The position numbers and the translations under genes are program-made. From Macrostomum lignano (taxonomy: Eukaryota): a DNA stretch of 64,000 bases. The notes under the pieces were generated by a model, which made no database searches, had not been told where the DNA came from, and saw nothing but the letters and a program-made list of their open reading frames with translations. This document shows positions 59,321 to 64,000 of the stretch, in pieces. Position 1 is the stretch's first letter. Each line of letters opens with the position of its first letter. Location of the stretch: contig NIVC01002871.1 in NCBI GenBank assembly GCA_002269645.1, forward strand, positions 68,901-132,900, written 5' to 3'.

Positions 59321-61021
59321 ATACTTTATGCCATAGAAATGCAACTGTTTGAATGCACAACCATGTATCCATGTATTTATATTTTTACTCGCCCGAACCG
59401 TAAAAACTCACCAGCTTTAGCCATAGACAGTTGCTTGTAAAGCGAATAGTTTTTATAATATTAGCATTTTAACTGTTGTTCTCTACAATTAAAAAAGACA
59501 TTAACTGTTTTGTGTTCTATTTCATTTTCAGATCCATAAATATATTACATTTCTTCAGTGCGCGCTATATTATGTCATGAGCACTTTGCTGCACTTACAC
59601 ATGCATTGTTTAGCAATTTGACGATCATTATTCACATTTTTAATGCAGAACAATCCATTACTACAAACAATGCATTGTCTGTAGGATCGGCAAACAGAAA
59701 AACAATGCAAAGAATCAGCGGTCGCAGCACGCGACAACGATTTGTCTATGGCTCGCGCCTACCGGCGCTCGCCAGACAATCGTTGTCACGCACTGGGACC
59801 GCTGATTATTTATCCATTATTTCCATGTTATTGCACTACTATGGTTCGTGATTTTAACTTTATTTGTGCGTGTATCGTCTGTCTGTCTGCTTTCTCTCAC
59901 AGCGCTGAATTTTAAGTCAATTTCAGAGACCATAGACTATTTAAGCGACGAGCCTCCGATCGATAATTGAACTCTCTCCCCTTACCCTCTCCCCCTTTAC
60001 CCCTCTCCCCCCTTACTCCTCTCCCTAAGAAATTGAAAGGGAAAGGAAAATCCAGTAGCCAATCAGCTTTCAGTTCCGTCCATTCCCTCTAAACTTCACC
60101 AAAGCAAGAAGAGCCATAGACTATAACAATCGGAATAGGCAGGCTGACGCTATTTATATGTACTCTAAAAAATCGAGTCTCTCTAGCATTCATCTCCATC
60201 CCAACCGCGTACCCACCGACCACTCCACCCAGAGTGAAATATCGCAGTCAGTTTCTGTAAATTTAATAAAGATCTTCCCAAGTCCTAGTCTGTTGACTTG
60301 TAGCCAACACAGCAAGGTGAGAAAGCTCTGATTTTATTTATCTTACCATAACTCGCTGCCTTCGAGCAAGTTATCGATAATTAAACCTTTTTGACCTAAA
60401 ACCTTTTTACGAGCGTATGTTGTTTCTAATACACTAATCTAGGTACAATTTAGCTGCAGATTTAGCAGTAGTCAAAATAATTGTGAAACAGAGAGCGAAC
60501 AGATTATGGGAGTCCCATGTTAAATCTAGCCTCAGCTCTTTATAGAGAAATCGATGTTATCGACATTTAAGCTGCCTTTCAGTTAAATATTTACCAATAG
60601 CTATAAATTGCGGCACTCTAGCTTTTGGCTAAAATAGCAACTACTATTTTGTGGTTTTAACCTATTACAAATAATAGGTTAAAACCACAGAACTTACCCA
60701 GAATGCTCAAACAGCGATTTTATGAAATTAAACTGCGTAGAATTATAGATGCGTACAAACTACTAATCCGATGCAGAAACATAAGTAGCCATAGACTATT
60801 ACTCAAATGTGTAGCACAAGACCGCCTGACTTATTAAGTCAGTAACCAGAAACAAGCAATCGAGCAATCGAAACGTAAAACATGAAATGTAATTATATGA
60901 ATGTCTCGATTGTTTTTTATTTATTTATTATATAATGTGCCACCACCAACGACAACAACTAATACGATATCCGTACCGAACCGAAATCCTATTACACAGA
61001 CATTGTTTTCGTATGTGGCAG

Positions 61022-61210
61022 CTGGCGGCCGCGGCCGTCAACGAGATAGAGGCGGAGGGGGCGGCCCTGGCGGCTGGCGCCTATGGCCCGGCGACGCCCG
61101 GCCAACTGAGGGCCATCGAGCGGGAGATGGCCGACGAGCGCCGGGCCGCCGGCCGCTGGGCGCCCGGCTGGACCGAGCCAGCCGACTGGCCGTCGGCTTG
61201 GACCCATTGA
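61022..61210 (+). CDS. Isolated very GC-rich exon-like ORF (LAAAAVNEIEAEG...GRWAPGWTEPADWPSAWTH*)
   Basis: Acceptor gtggcag|CTG, open to TGA, AT-rich flanks, upstream strong donor AAG|GTGAGA at 60316. Confidence 0.35.
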   Translation: MAAAAVNEIEAEGAALAAGAYGPATPGQLRAIEREMADERRAAGRWAPGWTEPADWPSAWTH

Positions 61211-61957
61211 GTATTATAATATAATATTATATACATTTGTTTCTGCAATATAGTTTCAATATGATAGTTGAACATTTAATAACATAAATATATATTGTAA
61301 TACGATAGTCATATAGGAGATTTTGCCATAGAGTATCTCCTCGTTTCAGTGGTTTATTACACATGTTAAATGACTAAATTGTTGTTATTTTTTTAAAAAT
61401 TAAATATTTAAACAACAATAATAATAATAAAACATTTAAACAGGTTGTACATGTTATGAAATGATATTTATTAAATAGATATATACTTGGAAGATTCTAG
61501 TCTAGTCTAGCTTATAAGTGTCAAAATAAAGTTGACTTAGAACATTTTCATCAAAAAAAATTTCAGTTATTGTTCGAGAGCTAGCTGTTTTGGAGGGGAC
61601 CGTCTGCTATTGCGTCGTACTGATTGCAAACCTGTACCCGTACCAGCCTCTTTACATTCTGTGCCTCATCTTGTGGCGGTCACCTGTTGTTGCCAGAGGG
61701 TAACTTATCTTGGGGAAGCCGCCTGCTGCGGTTACCAGAGGGTAACTTATCCAGGGGAAGCCGCCTACTTGATTGTTTGCTTGCGTAAATCTTCTCATCA
61801 CCCAAACCACTTACTTGTCACAGCCTCATTAATTTCGGGAAACGCTGCGCTTACCGAGAAATGTGAAATGAGCTCTGCTGCTCATTAGAGGCTGTGAGTT
61901 AAAATAAAATAGGTTGTGACAGGTAAGTGGTTGGGTTAGTGGGAGTGTGTGCGTGTG

Positions 61958-62000
61958 CGTGTGTGTGTGTGTGTGCGTGTGTGTGTGTGTGTGTGTGTAT
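61958..62000. repeat. (GT)n microsatellite
   Basis: GTGTGTGCGTGTGTGT. Confidence 0.9.
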
Positions 62001-63111
62001 TATCTTATATACCGTTTGGTTATATACGCGTTGGAGTACATACTATAAGAATAGTTTGCTCTATGTCTCTTTTTCTCTCTGTCTCTCTGAGTCTTGACTG
62101 CAGGTAGAATGCACTGTAGCTGGCAGGCTTTTACTCCGGCAGTGCTTGCTCGCCAGACACCACGCGTTGTCATTTCAGTCAAATCTGTACAAACTTGATG
62201 CGGAGACATTAGCCAAGTCTCCAGACTAACCGTCAGCGTATGTCGTAATTTGGCGAGCGTTCCCCTAACGCCAGTGTGCAACTGTTTGCGACGATGGACA
62301 TGTGATGCATTCTCTTCGATTTTGTTGTTAACTTTCCACCAAATTTCCGTTAGTCGCTCTGTCATTTTGTCTGCGATAGCCTGTGCATCTGCGTATTCAG
62401 ACGCAGCAATTGGATCATCAGACTCGTTGACACTGCTGTCGGAACCATCCGATTCGTCCGTAACTTCGGGCGGTGCTGGTACAACAATGCGTGTTTGCCT
62501 TGTGCGCAGTCAGCATTGTCTTCGACACAATGTTCGATCGCGTCGATTAAACTGGCGACAATCTGATCAGGGGCCATGTCAGTGCCAGCTGCGAACTCTC
62601 CTTCGTGCCGATGTACAGGGCTGGCCAGACTACCGGCAGCCGGTTGTTGGTCGCGAACGCTCGCTCGATTGCACGGATCAGCTGTTTGGACGCCAGGTCG
62701 ATATATCGCCGCCAAGTTATCCACGCCATAACTCTTGAACCCGACGATGGATTCGTCTAAAAATTCACAGTACGGGCTAAAATTTATCGAGGAATCTGAT
62801 GAAGCCATCGTTGACTCTCTCCGACATCGAGATCGTCGAGATATTCAGCGATTCTCAAGGAGGTCCCCCTGTTTTTGAAGGCAAACCGTCGAATTCAGTG
62901 GCTAGGTCTTGACACCAGGCAGTAAGGTGCACAAAATGATCCCAAACCTCATTTCAGCCATTGGTGAGGTAGCCCAGAACACTTGTACTGCGCTACAACA
63001 ATGCCCCGTGGCCACCGTCGACCATCGTCAGGACATTCAACGAGCACATTCTGACATCATCGGAATTCGAGATCCGAAACAAATTTCGGTCAAATCATTT
63101 ATTATGAAATC

Positions 63112-63345
63112 TTGTCAATGAGCAACCTACGACTCCTTCTTGCATTCAACCTACTTCCTGCACCGTCCCGACCGTCTAGACGACCGTCGGGACCTTCAAC
63201 GGATGTGTCCATGCACTTCGAAGTCATGCACTTCGCGTGCCGTGTGCGATCTGCAAAGACCTTCGTCACTTCATCACAGACTGTTCGTCACAGAGTGCAT
63301 GACACCCGTTATTTTTGCTCTGACTGCTCGTAAGTGTACCGTTAT
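63112..63345 (+). pseudogene. Probable piggyBac-type transposase C-terminal remnant
   Basis: NLRLLLAFNLL...HFEV..ACRVRS...DTRYFCSDCS resembles the FRL.LA..LL segment and the CRVC...TRY.C..C cysteine-rich domain; upstream 62300-63100 has broken ORFs. Confidence 0.4.
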
Positions 63346-64000
63346 AATCTGTAAACTTTTAGTGTCACTTTCTCTTACTCACTCAGACTTTTACACCAAA
63401 AGATGTACCCAGTTTTGTCCAAATTAACATTCCCAAGAAAAAAAATCAGTTTAGCTGAATCGAAATGCAGAATCGATATGGAAATTAAAAGAGGATCATA
63501 ACAGTGAAAATTATGCTGAGAAAGTAGCGGATAAAAAACAGAAATAATAGTAATCATGTTTTACTGGAAAACTTTATGCTTAAAACTGTCGGCATAAACT
63601 TGCAGTAGAAATTTGAAATGCTCTTATAACGGTTATGGTCTAATTTCGGACTGAAATTTTGATTGTTGTCACAGCGGAAACAACTTCATTTACTGTGCAA
63701 CTTGCACATTTAATGACAGGCACTAAGGCAGGTTTATGAGTTTCAGTGGGACAAGACATGGCGGTGAATGAAAAAAGTGGAGGCCTTGCTGTGTACACTT
63801 TTGGTTCATGCGTCCATTGCATGCTGTTTATTCCTTTACAACTGTTTATTCCATGTTTATTAGACTGTTTATTCAATGACACCGTTCCATAGCGACTTTA
63901 CTCTGTTGCGCCAGCTTTAAGAACAATTCACCAGCACTTTCTGTGTGCTAAAAAAAATTTTTGCGTCATCTTTATGAACAATTAAAAACTTCGTGCGACT

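Overview
Eukaryotic (animal) genomic DNA. GC-rich exons and small introns inflated by locus-specific minisatellites suggest a Macrostomum-like flatworm; this taxon call is inference. I assembled four spliced genes by hand from GT-AG boundaries with consistent phases. (1) An orphan acidic, SUMO-motif-rich gene (+, 2841-6921, 4 exons, 559 aa). (2) rdgB/PITPNM, a membrane-associated phosphatidylinositol transfer protein (-, 26159-8483, 14 exons, ~1249 aa; PITP-FFAT-DDHD-LNS2). (3) CPT1, carnitine O-palmitoyltransferase 1 (+, 32020-40092, 9 exons, 769 aa). (4) A neuregulin/vein-like Ig-EGF-TM ligand (+, 41708 to ~57924/58505). This last gene has two tandem alternative transmembrane exons, an atypical EGF C-loop and overlapping coding-like frames in its last exon. 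Introns and intergenic DNA hold more than 30 distinct tandem arrays, two tRNA-derived SINE families (one CORE-like, one with a conserved hairpin), foldback/Merlin-like DNA elements and a probable piggyBac remnant. There is no CRISPR array, rRNA or genuine tRNA gene. Most long ORFs in the supplied track are minisatellite artefacts.
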